A stretch of 64,000 bases of DNA, from contig OZ024766.1 in NCBI GenBank assembly GCA_964016885.1, forward strand, positions 16,616,001-16,680,000, given 5' to 3'. The DNA is from Eledone cirrhosa. Lineage: Eukaryota. Positions within the stretch are counted from its first letter, which is position 1. Each line of letters begins with the position of its first letter. Shown one piece after another: positions 27,237 to 42,978 of this stretch. The notes below the pieces were generated by a model, which was not told the DNA's origin, made no database searches, and was given only the letters and a program-made list of their open reading frames with translations. Made by a program: the position numbers and the translations under genes.

Positions 27237-27781
27237 AATAATTCTTCTTCCCTTGGCAGAATTTACAGATGTAATTCTTTAATATTTTTCATATTATATT
27301 CCTAAAAAATATTTCTTCTGTTATATTTCCCTCAATTATGATCTCAGTTAATACCTGAAGATGATGCAAACTTCTTTGTCATTGAAGCTGAGTTAAAATA
27401 CAAAATATATCTCTCATATATATATACCACACAGTGAAGAAAAGGAATTTTGTCTTTAAACTCAGTTCTGAGGAAATATATCACAGTAATTCTGATAGAT
27501 TTATATAAACAGTGTTATATAAGTTCTGTTTAAAAAGTTTTAATCTTCAAATGATGATAAATAGAGGTGATGTATCCAAGATTGAAGATAATAATTTATC
27601 CTAATGTCATCTGATATTCTGAAATGAAAAAGAAACAGTATGAAATAATAGAGAATACTTAAGAAGCAGAGATAGATTTAACAGTGGAAATTTTACATCT
27701 ATAAACCCTGGAAACTTTTTATTGAAAAATCAAATTATTTTAGTTTTTAATTAGTTACAAGAAATCTTTCTCCACACCTGC

Positions 27782-28712
27782 AACCATGAGTGTATCTGGG
27801 GTTCTTTTCTCTTCAGAGAGATGGATCCTCATGAGGTGGAGAGAATACTTTGCTGATCTCCCAAACCCGATCACAACAGCATCTTCGGATGTACATGAGG
27901 TGAATCTGATAGCGGTGACTAATCTCTCGGAGGCTGAGGTCACAAGAGCAATTAAAGAGCTCAAATGTGACCGACTCATGTGTGTCAGATGGCCTGGGTC
28001 TCTGAAATGGCACTCAAGCAAAGGCAATCGGGAGTGATAATCCCAATTTATAAAAAGGGACACACGAGAGGTTGTTCCAAATAGAGAGGGATCACCTTGT
28101 TAAGACTCCCTGGTAAAGTATATGCAAAGTTTCTGGCAAAGTGATGTAGCGAGTCCAAGCTAGCTGATGGACAGTGCTGTTTTCTCCCTGGGTGCAACAT
28201 AACCCACCAAATATTCACACTGTGGCAGGTCTTTGAGAAATCGTGGGAGTATTGCTAAGAGGTATATATTATCGTTTTATAGACCTTGAAAATGCACATG
28301 AACGCATTCTTCAGGACCTGCTGAGCATACAGGAGTTCCCATGGGCAGCCAGTCTTAAACATCTCTGTTATAGGCTGCAGGACGATAATAACTAAGTGAG
28401 GGCTAAGAACAGAGCCCTGGTGGACACCAGACTACACTCCAAATTATTCACTATAATTGTTTCTATTTTAAACACAAGGCCAGCAATTACCCAGTACATT
28501 ACTGGTACTTTATTTTATCAACCCCGTATGGATGTAAGTCAAAGTTAACCTCGGCGGGATTTGAACTCAGATCATAAAGGGACGTAACTCTGTGCCTCAA
28601 AGCATGGTGTCCGACTCTCTACCGATACTGCCACTTCACTATAATGAATGTTAATCCTGACATTGCTGACTGCTCTTCTATACATGGCTTTATGATCCTC
28701 TATACAAGACAT
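27782..28712. mobile_element. Opposed RTE-LINE fragments with nested SINE (28458-28634), unit 3
   Basis: Same composite. Confidence 0.8.
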
Positions 28713-30212
28713 GTATCAGACGGTTATTCAGCTAGCTCTTTAGAGTATTAGAACCTTATTATGTACAGCCACCGAGATCCCACACCAACAGATGTCCCTT
28801 CACCATCAAAGCAGTTCCCTGAAATACAGATACTCAACCACTACTTGGCTGGCTAACTCAGACATAATTATAATGAAATGAAACCCACAATAAAGTAATG
28901 TTCAACCATAAGTAGATGAAGTTAATTAAATTGTAAGAGATTTAGACTAAAATAGACAAAATATTAATTTACTTAAAGCAACAACAAGGTACAGCTAAAT
29001 ATAAAATATATTTTATAATGTACGGTAGTGAACCACATAATTAAATAGACGGAGGTAATTTAAATAATAAATATATCTTTAATTTATTTAAAGCAATAAC
29101 AAGGTACAGCTAAATATAAACTATATTTTATAATGTACGGTAGTGAACAAGATAATTAAATAGACGGAGGTAATTTAAATAATAAAGACAGTCATAACAA
29201 TATATTTTATATCACATGTAACAGTGGAATCTGGTTAATTACTAGGTCGTTGAAGGGGTCACATAATTATATTATTTACACACATTAATATAGACAGTAA
29301 AGTAAATCTTTGTCAACTTACTTCCTTCACATATAATCAATGTATTGTGTTGTTAGTTGTTACTAAACAACCAAAGAAATAATCTCTTTGTTATCAAATT
29401 AGAAGTTCCAATGTTATCAGCTTTATTTCACGACATTAACGTTGGTGTATCTTCTTCATCTTTAGTCATAAATTGATATCTTGTCAGAATGAAGTAGTGA
29501 GACTGACTTTATGTCTTTAGCTACAGATTTGATAGGAAATATATATATTAGGTTGATATGTGGTCTAAAATATATATATTGTCTATAAATGACTGAGCGC
29601 AGATGTTCTGGTGAAATAGTAGTTTTACTACTACAGATTGTAATGGAACTCTTAGTAGACACAATTGTAAAGTAAGAATATATATGACAGTGTAAGACTG
29701 ATGTCGGGGAATTAAAATTGTGTGTGTGTATATATATATAATTGTTACACAAGATATAATTAGATTAATTAAAGTTATAACGAAGACAGCAGGTACTCGG
29801 TGTCTTAGCGAATGTTTCGACTCTCGTACGGTGTCAAACGTGACAAGTCCCTGACATAATTTAGTACCTTCACACACATTTCCAGTCGTATTTAATTCTA
29901 TAGTGATGTGATTTATTAAAAAGAAATGTGATAATTGTTTCTACTTTTGGCACAAGGCCAGCAATTACCCTAGTGTATTACTGGTACATTATTTTATCGA
30001 CCCCGTAATAATTGTTTCTACTTTAGGCACAAGGCCAGTAAATACGCCAGTGAATTACTGGTACTTTATTTTATCGACACCGTAATAATTGTTTCTAATT
30101 TAGGCACAAGGCCAGCAAATACCCCAGTACATTATTGGTACTTTATTTTATCGACCCCGTAGGGATGAAAGGCAAAGCTAACCTCTGAGGGATTAACTTT
30201 GCTTTTCATCCT

Positions 30213-31240
30213 TATCTCTATACATATAGAAAATGGACAGAGTGTGTACTTCACTGAAACCACTGCTCATCAATTGACACCAGCACCACCTGACACTACT
30301 CTAACTGCTTTTTTGAAACTCTGCCAGAATAAAGAATTTGTTCGATCCCTCCTATATGCTGACATCCCAAAATACTACACCTGGACCAATTGTAAGACTT
30401 GGAATCAAAGGAGGCAGGGTCATTTAGTGGAAGGTGATGAAGTCAAGGCAAGTGATGCTATTGGGCATGTTTACAATGACCACCCCAACAACAGAGAGAG
30501 TTTTTATTTACAGCCACTTCTGCATATTGTTCAAGGACCAACGTCATTTGAGGATCTCAGGTGATTTCGTGGAAGAGTGCAGCATATACCAAGAAGCATC
30601 TAAAGAACATCAACTCATGCATGGCAATTGACATTAGAAGAAGCAGTCACTGGAGTAGCCAGTTAAATAAGACAGCCATGGACTCCTGTATGACAACTGA
30701 CATTGGAAGAAAAGAGTAGAAGGAGCAGTCACTGCAGTGGCCAGTTAAATAAGACAGCCATGGACTCCTGTATGACAACTGACATTGGAAGAAGGGACTA
30801 GAAGGAGCAGTCACTGTAGTAGTCAGTTAAATAAGACAGCCATGGACTCCTGTATGACAACTGGCATTGGAAGAAGGGACTAGAAGGAGCAGTCACTGGA
30901 GTAGCCAGTTAAATAAGACAGCCATGGACACCTGTATGACAACTGACATTGGAAGAAGGGACTAGAAGGATCAGTCACTGGAGTAGCCAGTTAAATAAGA
31001 CAGTTGTTTGCTACTATACTCACGGCATGTGGAATAAATCTCATCTACCCTGGCAGGAGTACAAAAACAATATGTCAGACGACTATCTACACCTAGCCCA
31101 AAGACGTTATAGCAATATTTATGTGGAATCTACCTCCAGGATTTACAATCAACCTGTGTGCAACCTGTCCCATTGAATTCCAGCAATGAATAGCAATGCG
31201 GGATGCCAGAGCCAGAAGAAATTGAGGTAATACAATCAGT
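30213..31240 (+). mobile_element. Degenerate Helitron Rep fragment (unit 4)
   Basis: ORFs 30199-30564 and 30949-31176. Confidence 0.85.
30629..31003 (+). repeat. 82-bp minisatellite, about 4.7 copies
   Basis: Same monomer; the shortest array. Confidence 0.97.
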
Positions 31241-32737
31241 TTTTCAGGAGACAAACCATGATATTGAAGTGTTGCGTAAGTTTGTGGATGAAAATAAACC
31301 TTGACTGGTGGATGACCAGAAATATGCCTACCACAACATCATGAAAAACATTCAACATGACAGCACCCAGCACTCACTGTAAATGAGGTTGGCATTAGGA
31401 AGGGCGTCCAGCTGTAAAAATCAAGCCAGAATCAGTTCCCTTCCCACCCTTGCAAGCAGGGAAAAAGCGGACGAGAAATGAAATGATGATGAATGATGAT
31501 GTCCCTCCCATTTTTTCAATAGGGTCACTTTAACGAATCAAAAGATAAATAACAGAAAAACAGGCCCTAAAATATATTTTCCGTGCTATTTCTAACTTCA
31601 CCTTTTCTCTATATAGAGAGAGAGAGCGAGAGGACAATTTGTCATGTCTTCATTACATTTATTGAGCAGTAAAGCACGTTTTGCTATCGATCAGCTCAAG
31701 GTTTGATCTGTATTGATCTAGCTTGACTCTGGAATTAAAAGCTTGTCAGACTTCTGTTGTGGTAATGTTACAATCCCTAGATATCATCATCATTGATTAA
31801 TGTCTATCTTCCATGCTAGCATGGGTTGGACGGGTTTGTCGTATTTAGAAGCAAGTTAGGTCGGGTGACCGTGTCTCGCTCATATGTAAATATATATATA
31901 GCAGGCGCTGCAAAAAAGATCCGGAAACTAACCATGCATCCCAGACATGGCTTCAAATGACCAAGGCGGGCAGGTGCAGCAAACAAACGTTGCATACCTG
32001 ACGCTGTGCGTATCGACAATGGTAGGGTTGTAACCATATCTTTTAACAGATAAAAAAAATTTTCCGGGAAAGACTGCCCTAACACCAGCTAGAGTTACCT
32101 CCCTTGACCTACTGCAACATCAAAACACGCTTTTTTGCGAAGAATGAACTCTGACGTGAACTTATCTCTAAAAACACATTCTGGGCCATGTAAGGAACAC
32201 TTTTTAGTTATTTATACCCTTGAGAAGCCCATCCAGGTGAAAAGTACATCTTTTAACGGTCTGTTCTGCTATATTTTACTTTTCCACGTATATATATAGT
32301 TATATATATATATATCAACTAGAAATTGATTGACATATAAATAAACATATGAAACAATCACAGGGGATAATTTGTAAAAGTGTGTAAGCACACATAGCTA
32401 GGTAGGTAACTAAGTAAATTTAACTAGAACTTCAAAAATAGATACCTTAGAAAATGATTAATCTTCCTTGTATATATTCCATTAAAGAAATATATTTCAC
32501 CAATTAATCGATTGGTAAACGACAGTAACCAGATCTTGGATTCTCAACAAGGAAGAAGTCCAACCATCTGTGTTTACGCATCAAGTTCAAATCAGCGACT
32601 GACCAGTAACACGTGCTGTATCTACTAAAAATACACACATCATACCAGCTTCGTCCCAGTTGCGTGAATAGGGTTATTGACAACTAGAAACAGCAGTCAC
32701 GTCCTTTCAACAGAGTTATCTCTACAATTAAGGGGCC

Positions 32738-32969
32738 GTATTTATATATATATATATTCAAAATTAAGATAAATTAAAATAAAATTAATCTATATCAAAT
32801 TATGGGTGTCATGCCAGAAAGACATGCGCCATATCACCCGTAAAATAAGCTCCATGGAGCTTATTTTACGGGTGATATGTCACATGTCTTTCTGGCATGA
32901 CTCCCATAATTTGATTTAGATTAATTTTATTTTAATTTATTATAATTTTGGATATATATATATAAATAC
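32738..32969. repeat. Long palindrome, unit 4
   Basis: Same arms. Confidence 0.92.
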
Positions 32970-33269
32970 AGAGAAAGAGAAGAGTAGACAACAGACAATG
33001 ACAAAGAAGAGGAATTAACCACCCCAGTATTTCACTGGTATTTCATTTATTGACCTCAAAATATCGAAGCAACTTTACCTCAGTGGGATTTGTACTCTGA
33101 GAACTAGAACAGACACTGAAAATATATCAAGATGTGCACACATGTATATAAGAACACATATAAACATACATATACATATACACACACACATATACACAAA
33201 TAAAGATAATCATTTTCATGGACAGAAATTTCTACACACTGACATATACACTCATACATATATATATAT

Positions 33270-33392
33270 ATAGGAAAATGTTTAACCCCGATGGCAGAGC
33301 TCAAGCCATTTCGACGGTTATGTCTGGACTGTTTCCAGAAATAGCCGTCGAAACGGATTGAGCTCTGCCGTCGGGGTTAAACATTTTCCTAT
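33270..33392. repeat. 123-bp hairpin, unit 4
   Basis: Same inverted repeat. Confidence 0.9.
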
Positions 33393-34274
33393 TACCCGCT
33401 CTACTACCCCAAGTATTGAGTACTCTGGTGCGTATATGGTCCATCTGGTTCTTTACCACACCTCCTTTGTTATATATATATATATATAAAATTATAAGAA
33501 ACGAAAGGAGCTGTGTGGTTACTGTAAACAAAGTTTAAGATGGTAATATGGATGAAAAGAGAAAATAAACCCTTCATCAGCTGTAAACCGAGATCATAGA
33601 TGTTTTGGCACATATATATATATACAGTGTTTTTAAATTCTGTACCATATAGATTTGTCAGCATAAGTCTTGGTTACAACTTCTACAAATAAAATGAAAG
33701 GAGAATAATTTCAGAACAAACAAGTTTTATTCAAGACATTAACAACATTGGTGGCACTATTTTGGGTGAGTGATATGGTTTTTATCTTGTCTGATTGTGT
33801 TTCTGTTACATTAAGTAACCTTATGTTGGTACCACAACATTTAGAAAATGATTTACCACAGACATCACAGTGATAAGGTTCCTCTCCTGTATATGTTAGT
33901 GTCTAGTGAAGTCACAACATTTAGAGAATGATTTACTGCAGATATCACAGTGATATGGTTCCTTTTCTGTAAATGTTAGTGCTGAGTGAAGTGACTTATT
34001 TCAGAGAATGATTTCCCACAGATATCACAGTGATATGGTTTCTCTCCTGTATATATATGTTTGTGTCTATTTAAGCTAGCTTTTATAGATAACAATTTCC
34101 ACAGATATCACAGTAATATGGCTTTTCTCCAGTATATATTTATGTTTGTATGTAGTTAATGTAGCAATACAAGAGAATAATTTCTACACAATATCAGTGG
34201 TATGGCTTCTCACTCATATGAATGTATTTGTGTCTAATTAATTTACAATTTTGAGACAATGAGATATGACTTTG

Positions 34275-35552
34275 TTATGGTTTCTTACCTGTATGGGTAT
34301 ATTTGTGTTTAGTTAAATTACTTAATTGAGAGAATGATTTACCACAGATATCACAGTGATGTGGCTTCTCACCTGTATGGATACGTAAGTGTTGAGTTAA
34401 GGGACTACTTTGAGAGAATGATTTACCACAGATATCACAGTGGTATGGCGTGTCTCCTGTATGGATACGTAAGTGCTCAGTTAAGTAACTTCTTCGAGAG
34501 AATGATTTACCACAGATATCACAGCGATATGGCTTGTCTCCTGTATGGATACGTTTGTGGCTAGTTAAGGCAGGACTTTGAGAGAATGATTTACCACAGA
34601 TATCACAGTGGTATGGCTTCTCTCCTGTATGTATACTTTTGTGTCTAGTTAAGGTACCACTTCGAGAGAATGATTGACCACAGATATCACAGTGATATGG
34701 CGTGTCTCCTGTATGGATACGTAAGTGTTGAGTTAAGGGACTACTTTGAGAGAATGATTTACCACAGATATCACAGCGATATGGCTTCTCCCCTGTATGG
34801 ATACGTAAGTGCTCAGTTAAGTAACTTCTTCGAGAGAATGATTTACCACAGATATCACAGCGATATGGCTTGTCTCCTGTATGGATACGTTTGTGGCTAG
34901 TTAAGGCAGGACTTTGAGAGAATGATTTACCACAGATATCACAGTGATATGGCTTCTCTCCCGTATGTATACGTTTGTGTCTAGTTAAGGTACCACTTCG
35001 AGAGAATGATTGACCACAGGTATCACAGTGATATGGCTTGTCTCCTGTATGTATACGTTTGTGGCTAGTTAAGGTACTACTATCATAGAATGATTTACAG
35101 CAGATATCACAGTGGTATGGCGTCTCTGCTGGATGTATACGTTTGTGGCTTGTTAAGGCATTACTCTGAGAATATGATTTACCACAGATATCACAGTGAT
35201 ATGGCTTCTCTCTTGTATGTATACGTTTGTGGCTAGTTAAGTGACCACTTTCAGAGAATGATTTACCACAGATATCACAGTGATATGGTTTCTCACCTGT
35301 ATGTATACGCATGTGGCTAGTTAAATTACTACTTTGAGAGAATGATTTACCACAGATATCACAGTGGTATGGCTTCTCTCCCGGATGTGTACGTTTGTGA
35401 CTTGTTAATTTACTACTAACAGAGAATGATTTACCACACACATCACAGTGATATGGCTTCTCTCCTCTATCCTTTGACATCTCTTCTGTAATAGCCATAT
35501 CTTTAGTCATTGTTTCACATTTAATCTTCTTTTCACTCAATTTATTTTCCAT
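34275..35552 (-). CDS. C2H2 zinc-finger protein, 14 fingers (unit 4)
   Basis: 425-aa ORF = 33 + 14 x 28 aa. Confidence 0.92.
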   Translation of the reverse strand: MENKLSEKKIKCETMTKDMAITEEMSKDRGEKPYHCDVCGKSFSVSSKLTSHKRTHPGEKPYHCDICGKSFSQSSNLTSHMRIHTGEKPYHCDICGKSFSESGHLTSHKRIHTREKPYHCDICGKSYSQSNALTSHKRIHPAETPYHCDICCKSFYDSSTLTSHKRIHTGDKPYHCDTCGQSFSRSGTLTRHKRIHTGEKPYHCDICGKSFSQSPALTSHKRIHTGDKPYRCDICGKSFSRRSYLTEHLRIHTGEKPYRCDICGKSFSQSSPLTQHLRIHTGDTPYHCDICGQSFSRSGTLTRHKSIHTGEKPYHCDICGKSFSQSPALTSHKRIHTGDKPYRCDICGKSFSRRSYLTEHLRIHTGDTPYHCDICGKSFSQSSPLTQHLRIHTGEKPHHCDICGKSFSQLSNLTKHKYTHTGKKP

Positions 35553-36097
35553 AATAATTCTTCTTCCCTTGGCAGAATTTACAGATGTTATTCTTTAATA
35601 TTTTTCATATTATATTCCTAAAAAATATTTCTTCTGTTATATTTCCCTCAATTATGATCTCAGTTAATACCTGAAGATGATGCAAACTTCTTTGTCATTG
35701 AAGCTGAGTTAAAATACAAAATATATCTCTCATATATATATACCACACAGTGAAGAAAAGGAATTTTGTCTTTAAACTCAGTTCTGAGGAAATATATCAC
35801 AGTAATTCTGATAGATTTATATAAACAGTGTTATATAAGTTCTGTTTAAAAAGTTTTAATCTTCAAATGATGATAAATAGAGGTGATGTATCCAAGATTG
35901 AAGATAATAATTTATCCTAATGTCATCTGATATTCTGAAATGAAAAAGAAACAGTATGAAATAATAGAGAATACTTAAGAAGCAGAGATAGATTTAACAG
36001 TGGAAATTTTACATCTATAAACCCTGGAAACTTTTTATTGAAAAATCAAATTATTTTAGTTTTTAATTAGTTACAAGAAATCTTTCTCCACACCTGC

Positions 36098-37028
36098 AAC
36101 CATGAGTGTATCTGGGGTTCTTTTCTCTTCAGAGAGATGGATCCTCATGAGGTAGAGAGAATACTTTGCTGATCTCCCAAACCCGATCACAACAGCATCT
36201 TCGGATGTACATGAGGTGAATCTGATAGCGGTGACTAATCTCTCGGAGGCTGAGGTCAAAAGAGCAATTAAAGAGCTCAAATGTGACCGACTCATGTGTG
36301 TCAGATGGCCTGGGTCTCTGAAATGGCACTCAAGCAAAGGCAATCGGGAGTGATAATCCCAATTTATAAAAAGGGACACACGAGAGATTGTTCCAAATAG
36401 AGAGGGATCACCTTGTTAAGACTCCCTGGTAAAGTATATGCAAAGTTTCTGGCAAAGTGATGTAGCGAGTCCAAGCTAGCTGATGGACAGTGCTGTTTTC
36501 TCCCTGGGTGCAACATAACCCACCAAATATTCACACTGTGGCAGGTCTTTGAGAAATCGTGGGAGTATTGCTAAGAGGTATATATTATCGTTTTATAGAC
36601 CTTGAAAATGCACATGATCGCATTCTTCAGGACCTGCTGAGCATACAGGAGTTCCCATGGGCAGCCAGTCTTAAACATCTCTGTTATAGGCTGCAGGACG
36701 ATAATAACTAAGTGAGGGCTAAGAACAGAGCCCTGGTGGACACCAGACTACACTCCAAATTATTCACTATAATTGTTTCTATTTTAAACACAAGGCCAGC
36801 AATTACCCAGTACATTACTGGTACTTTATTTTATCAACCCCGTATGGATGTAAGGCAAAGTTAACCTCGGCGGGATTTGAACTCAGATCATAAAGGGACG
36901 TAACTCTGTGCCTCAAAGCATGGTGTCCGACTCTCTACCGATACTGCCACTTCACTATAATGAATGTTAATCCTGACATTGCTGACTGCTCTTCTATACA
37001 TGGCTTTATGATCCTCTATACAAGACAT
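36098..37028. mobile_element. Opposed RTE-LINE fragments with nested SINE (36774-36950), unit 4
   Basis: Same composite. Confidence 0.8.
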
Positions 37029-38508
37029 GTATCAGACGGTTATTCAGCTAGCTCTTTAGAGTATTAGAACCTTATTATGTACAGCCACCGAGATCCCACA
37101 CCAACAGATGTCCCTTCACCATCAAAGCAGTTCCCTGAAATACAGATACTCAACCCCTACTTGGCTGGCTAACTCAGACATAATTATAATGAAATGAAAC
37201 CCACAATAAAGTAATGTTCAACCATAAGTAGATGAAGTTAATTAAATTGTAAGAGGTTTAGACTAAAATAGACAAAATATTAATTTACTTAAAGCAACAA
37301 CAAGGTACAGCTAAATATAAAATATATTTTATAATGTACGGTAGTGAACCACATAATTAAATAGACGGAGGTAATTTAAATAATAAATATATCTTTAATT
37401 TATTTAAAGCAATAACAAGGTACAGCTAAATATAAACTATATCTTATAATGTACGGTAGTGAACAAGGTAATTAAATAGACGGAGGTAATTTAAATAATA
37501 AAGACAGTCATAACAATATATTTTATATCACATGTAACAGTGGAATCTGGTTAATTACTGGTGCGTTGTAGGGGTCACATAATTATATTATTTACACACA
37601 TTAATATAGACAGTAAAGTAAATCTTTGTCAACTTACCTCCTTCACATATAATCAATGTATTGTGTTGTTAGTTGTTACTAAACAACCAAAGAAATAATC
37701 TCTTTGTTATCAAATTAGAAGTTCCAATGTTATCAGCTTTATTTCACGACATTAACGTTGGTGTATCTTCTTCATCTTTAGTCATAAATTGATATCTTGT
37801 CAGAATGAAGTAGTGAGACTGACTTTATGTCTTTAGCTACAGATTTGATAGGAAATATATATATTAGGTTGATATGTGGTCTAAAATATATATATTGTCT
37901 ATAAATGACTGAGAGCAGATGTTCTGGTGAAATAGTAGTTTTACTACTACAGATTGTAATGGAACTCTTAGTAGACACAATTGTAAAGTAAGAATATATA
38001 TGACAGTGTAAGACTGATGTCGGGGAATTAAAATTGTGTGTGTGTATATATATATAATTGTTACACAAGATATAATTAGATTAATTAAAGTTATAACGAA
38101 GACAGCAGGTACTCGGTGTCTTAGCGAATGTTTCGACTCTCGTACGGTGTCAAACGTGAAAAGTCCCTGACATAATTTAGTACCTTCACACACATTTCCA
38201 GTCGTATTTAATTCTATAGTGATGTGATAATTGTTTCTACTTTTGGCACAAGGCCAGCAATTCCACCAGTGTATTACTGGTACATTATTTTATCGACCCC
38301 GTAATAATTGTTTCTACTTTAGGCACAAGGCCAGTAAATACGCCAGTGAATTACTGGTACTTTATTTTATCGACCCCGTAATAATTGTTTCTAATTTAGG
38401 CACAAGGCTAGGAAATACCCCAGTACATTACTGGTACTTTATTTTATCGACCCCGTAGGGATGAAAGGCAAAGCTAACCTCTGAGGGATTAACTTGGCTT
38501 TTCATCCT

Positions 38509-39945
38509 TATCTCTATACATATAGAAAATGGACAGAGTGTGTACTTCCCTGAAACCACTGCTCATCAGTTGACACCAGCACCACCTGACACTACTCTAA
38601 CTGCTTTTTTGAAACTCTGCCAGAATAAAGAATTTGTTCGATCCCTCCTATATGCTGACATCCCAAAATACTACACCTGGACCAATTGTAAGACTTGGAA
38701 TCAAAGGAGGCAGGGTCATTTAGTGGAAGGTGATGAAGTCAAGGCAAGTGATGCTATTGGGCATGTTTACAATGACCACCCCAACAACAGAGAGAGTTTT
38801 TATTTACAGCCACTTCTGCATATTGTTCAAGGACCAACGTCATTTGAGGATCTCAGGTGATTTGGTGGGAGAGTGCAGCACATACCAAGAAGCATCAAAA
38901 GAACATCAACTCATGCATGGCAATTGACATTAGAAGAAGCAGTCACTGGAGTAGCCAGTTAAATAAGACAGCCATGGACTCCTGTATGACAACTGACATT
39001 GGAAGAAGGGACTAGAAGGAGCAGTCACTGGAGTAGCCAGTTAAATAAGACAGCCATGGACTCCTGTATGACAACTGACATTGGAAGAAGGGACTAGAAG
39101 GAGCAGTCACTGGAGTAGCCAGTTAAATAAGACAGCCATGGACACCTGTATGACAACTGACATTGGAAGAAGGGACTAGAAGGAGCAGTCACTGGAGTAG
39201 CCAGTTAAATAAGACAGCCATGGACACCTGTATGACAACTGACATTGGAAGAAGGGACTAGAAGTAGCAATCACTGGAGTAGCCAGTTAAATAAGACAGC
39301 CATGGACTCCTGTATGATAACTGAGATTGGAAGAAGAGACTAGTAGGAGCAGTCACAGGAGTAGCCAGTTAAATAAGACAGCCATGGACTCCTGTATGAC
39401 AACTGACATTGGAAGAAGAGACTAGTAGGAGCAGTCACAGGAGTAGCCAGTTAAATAAGACAGCCATGGACTCCTGTATGACAACTGACATTGGAAGAAG
39501 AAACTAGAAAGAGCAGTCACTGGAGTAGCCAGTTAAATAAGACAGCCATGGACTCCTGTATGACAACTGACATTGGAAGAAGAGACTAGTAGGAGCAGTC
39601 ACAGGAGTAGCCAGTTAAATAAGACAGCCATGGACACCTGTATGACAACTAACATTGGAAGAAGGGACTAGAAGGATCAGTCACTGGAGTAGCCAGTTAA
39701 ATAAGACAGTTGTTTGCTACTATACTCACGGCATGTGGAATAAATCTCATCTACCCTGGCAGGAGTACAAAAACAATATGTCAGACGACTATCTACACCT
39801 AGCCCAAAGACGTTATAGCAATATTTATGTGGAATCCACCTCCAGGATTTACAATCAACCTCTGTGCAACCTGTCCCATTGAATTCCAGCAATGAATAGC
39901 AATGCGGGATGCCAGAGCCAGAAGAAATTGAGGTAACACAATCAG
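38509..39945 (+). mobile_element. Degenerate Helitron Rep fragment (unit 5)
   Basis: ORFs 38540-38860 and 39655-39882. Confidence 0.85.
38925..39709 (+). repeat. 82-bp minisatellite, about 9.7 copies
   Basis: Same monomer. Confidence 0.97.
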
Positions 39946-41441
39946 TTTTTCAGGAGACAAACCATGATATTGAAGTGTTGTGTAAGTTTGTGGATGAAAA
40001 TAAACCTTGACTGGTGGATAACCAGAAATATGCCTACCACAACATCTTGAAAAACATTCAACATGACAGCACCCAGCACTCACTGTAAATGAGGTTGGCA
40101 TTAGGAAGGGCGTCCAGCTGTAGAAATCAAGCCAGAATCAGTTCCCTTCCCACCCTTGCAAGCAGGGAAAAAGTGGACGTGAAATGAAATGATGATGAAT
40201 GATGATGTCCCTCCCATTTTTCCAATAGAGTCACTTTAATGAATCAAAAGATAAATCGCAGAAAAACAGGCCCTAAAATATATTTTCCGTGCTATTTCTA
40301 ACTTCACCTTTTCTCTATATATAGAGAGAGAGAGCGAGAGGACAATTTGTCATGTCTTCATTACATTTATTGAGCAGTGAAGCACGTTTTGCTATCGATC
40401 AGCTCAAGGTTTGATCTGTATTGATCTAGCCTGACTCTGGAATTAAAAGCTTGTCAGACTTCTGTTGTGGTAATGTTACAATCCCTAGATATCATCATCA
40501 TCGATTAATGTCTATCTTCCATGCTAGCATGGGTTGGACGGGTTTGTCGTATTGAGAAGCAAGTTAGGTCGGGTGACTGTGTCTCGCTCATATATATATA
40601 TATATAGCAGGCGCTGCAAAAAAAATCCGGAAACTAACCATGCATCCCAGACATGGCTTCAAATGACCCAGGCGGGCAGGTGCAGCAAACAAACGTTGCA
40701 TACCTGACCCTGTGCATATCGACAATGGTAGGGTTGTAACCATATCTTTTAACAGATAAAAAATTTTCCGGGAAAGACTGCCCTAACACCAGCTAGAGTT
40801 ACCTCCCTTGACCTACTGCAACATCAAAACACGCTTTTTTGCGTAGAATGAACTCTGACGTGAACTTATCTCTAAAAACACATTCTGGGCCATGTAAGGA
40901 ACACTTTTTAGTTATTTATACCCTTGAGAAGCCCATCCAGGTGAAACGTACATCTTTTAACGGTCTGTTCTGCTATATTTTACTTTTCAACGTATATATA
41001 TAGTTATATATATATATATCAACTAGAAATTGATTGACATATAAATAAACATATGAAACAATCACAGGGGATAATTTGTAAAAGTGTGTAAGCACACATA
41101 GCTAGGTAGGTAACTAAGTAAATTTAACTAGAACTTCAAAAATAGATACCTTAGAAAATGATTAATCTTCCTTGTATATATTCCATTAAAGAAATATATT
41201 TCACCAATTAATCGATTGGTAAACGACAGTAACCAGATCTTGGATTCTCAACAAGGAAGAAGTCCAACCATCTGTGTTTACGCATCAAGTTCAAATCAGC
41301 GACTGACCAGTAACACGTGCTGTATCTACTAAAAATACACACATCATACCAGCTTCGTCCCAGTTGCGTGAATAGGGTTATTGACAACTAGAAACAGCAG
41401 TCACGTCCTTTCAACAGAGTTATCTCTACAATTAAGGGGCC

Positions 41442-41673
41442 GTATTTATATGTATATATATCCAAAATTAAGATAAATTAAAATAAAATTAATCTATATC
41501 AAATTATGGGTGTCATGCCAGAAAGACATGCGCCATATCACCCGTAAAATAAGCTCCATGGAGCTTATTTTACGGGTGATATGTCACATGTCTTTCTGGC
41601 ATGACTCCCATAATTTGATTTAGATTAATTTTATTTTAATTTATTATAATTTTGGATATATATATATAAATAC
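41442..41673. repeat. Long palindrome, unit 5
   Basis: Same arms. Confidence 0.92.
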
Positions 41674-41973
41674 AGAGAAAGAGAAGAGTAGACAACAGAC
41701 AATGACAAAGAAGAGGAATTAACCACCCCAGTATTTCACTGGTATTTCATTTATTGACCTCAAAATATCGAAGCAACTTTACCTCAGTGGGATTTGTACT
41801 CTGAGAACTAGAACAGACACTGAAAATATATCAAGATGTGCACACATGTATATAAGAACACATATAAACATACATATACATATACACACACACATATACA
41901 CAAATAAAGATAATCATTTTCATGGACAGAAATTTCTACACACTGACATATACACTCATACATATATATATAT

Positions 41974-42096
41974 ATAGGAAAATGTTTAACCCCGATGGCA
42001 GAACTCAAGCCATTTCGACGGTTATGTCTGGACTGTTTCCAGAAATAGCCGTCGAAACGGATTGAGCTCTGCCGTCGGGGTTAAACATTTTCCTAT
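41974..42096. repeat. 123-bp hairpin, unit 5
   Basis: Same inverted repeat. Confidence 0.9.
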
Positions 42097-42978
42097 TACC
42101 CGCTCTACTACCCCAAGTATTGAGTACTCTGGTGCGTATATGGTCCATCTGGTTCTTTACCACACCTCCTTTGTTATATATATATATATATAAAATTATA
42201 AGAAACGAAAGGAGCTGTGTGGTTACTGTAAACAAAGTTTAAGATGGTAATATGGATGAAAGGAGAAAATAAACCCTTCATCAGCTGTAAACCGAGATCA
42301 TAGATGTTTTGGCACATATATATATATACAGTGTTTTTAAATTCTGTACCATACAGATTTGTCAGCACAAGTCTTGGTTACAACTTCTACAAATAAAATG
42401 AAAGGAGAATAATTTCAGAACAAACAAGTTTTATTCAAAACATTAAGAACATTGGTGGCACTATTTTGGGTGAGTGATATGGTTTTTATCTTGTCTGATT
42501 GTGTTTCTGTTACATTAAGTAACCTTATGTTGGTACCACAACATTTAGAAAATGATTTACCACAGACATCACAGTGATAAGGTTCCTCTCCTGTATATGT
42601 TAGTGTCTAGTGAAGTCACAACATTTAGAGAATGATTTACTGCAGATATCACAGTGATATGGTTCCTTTTCTGTAAATGTTAGTGCTGAGTGAAGTGACT
42701 TATTTCAGAGAATGATTTCCCACAGATATCACAGTGATATGGTTTCTCTCCTGTATATATATGTTTGTGTCTAGTTAAGCTAGCTTTTATAGATAACAAT
42801 TTCCACAGATATCACAGTAATATGGCTTTTCTCCAGTATATATTTATGTTTGTATGTAGTTAATGTAGCAATACAAGAGAATAATTTCTACACAATATCA
42901 GTGGTATGGCTTCTCACTCATATGAATGTATTTGTGTCTAATTAATTTACAATTTTGAGACAATGAGATATGACTTTG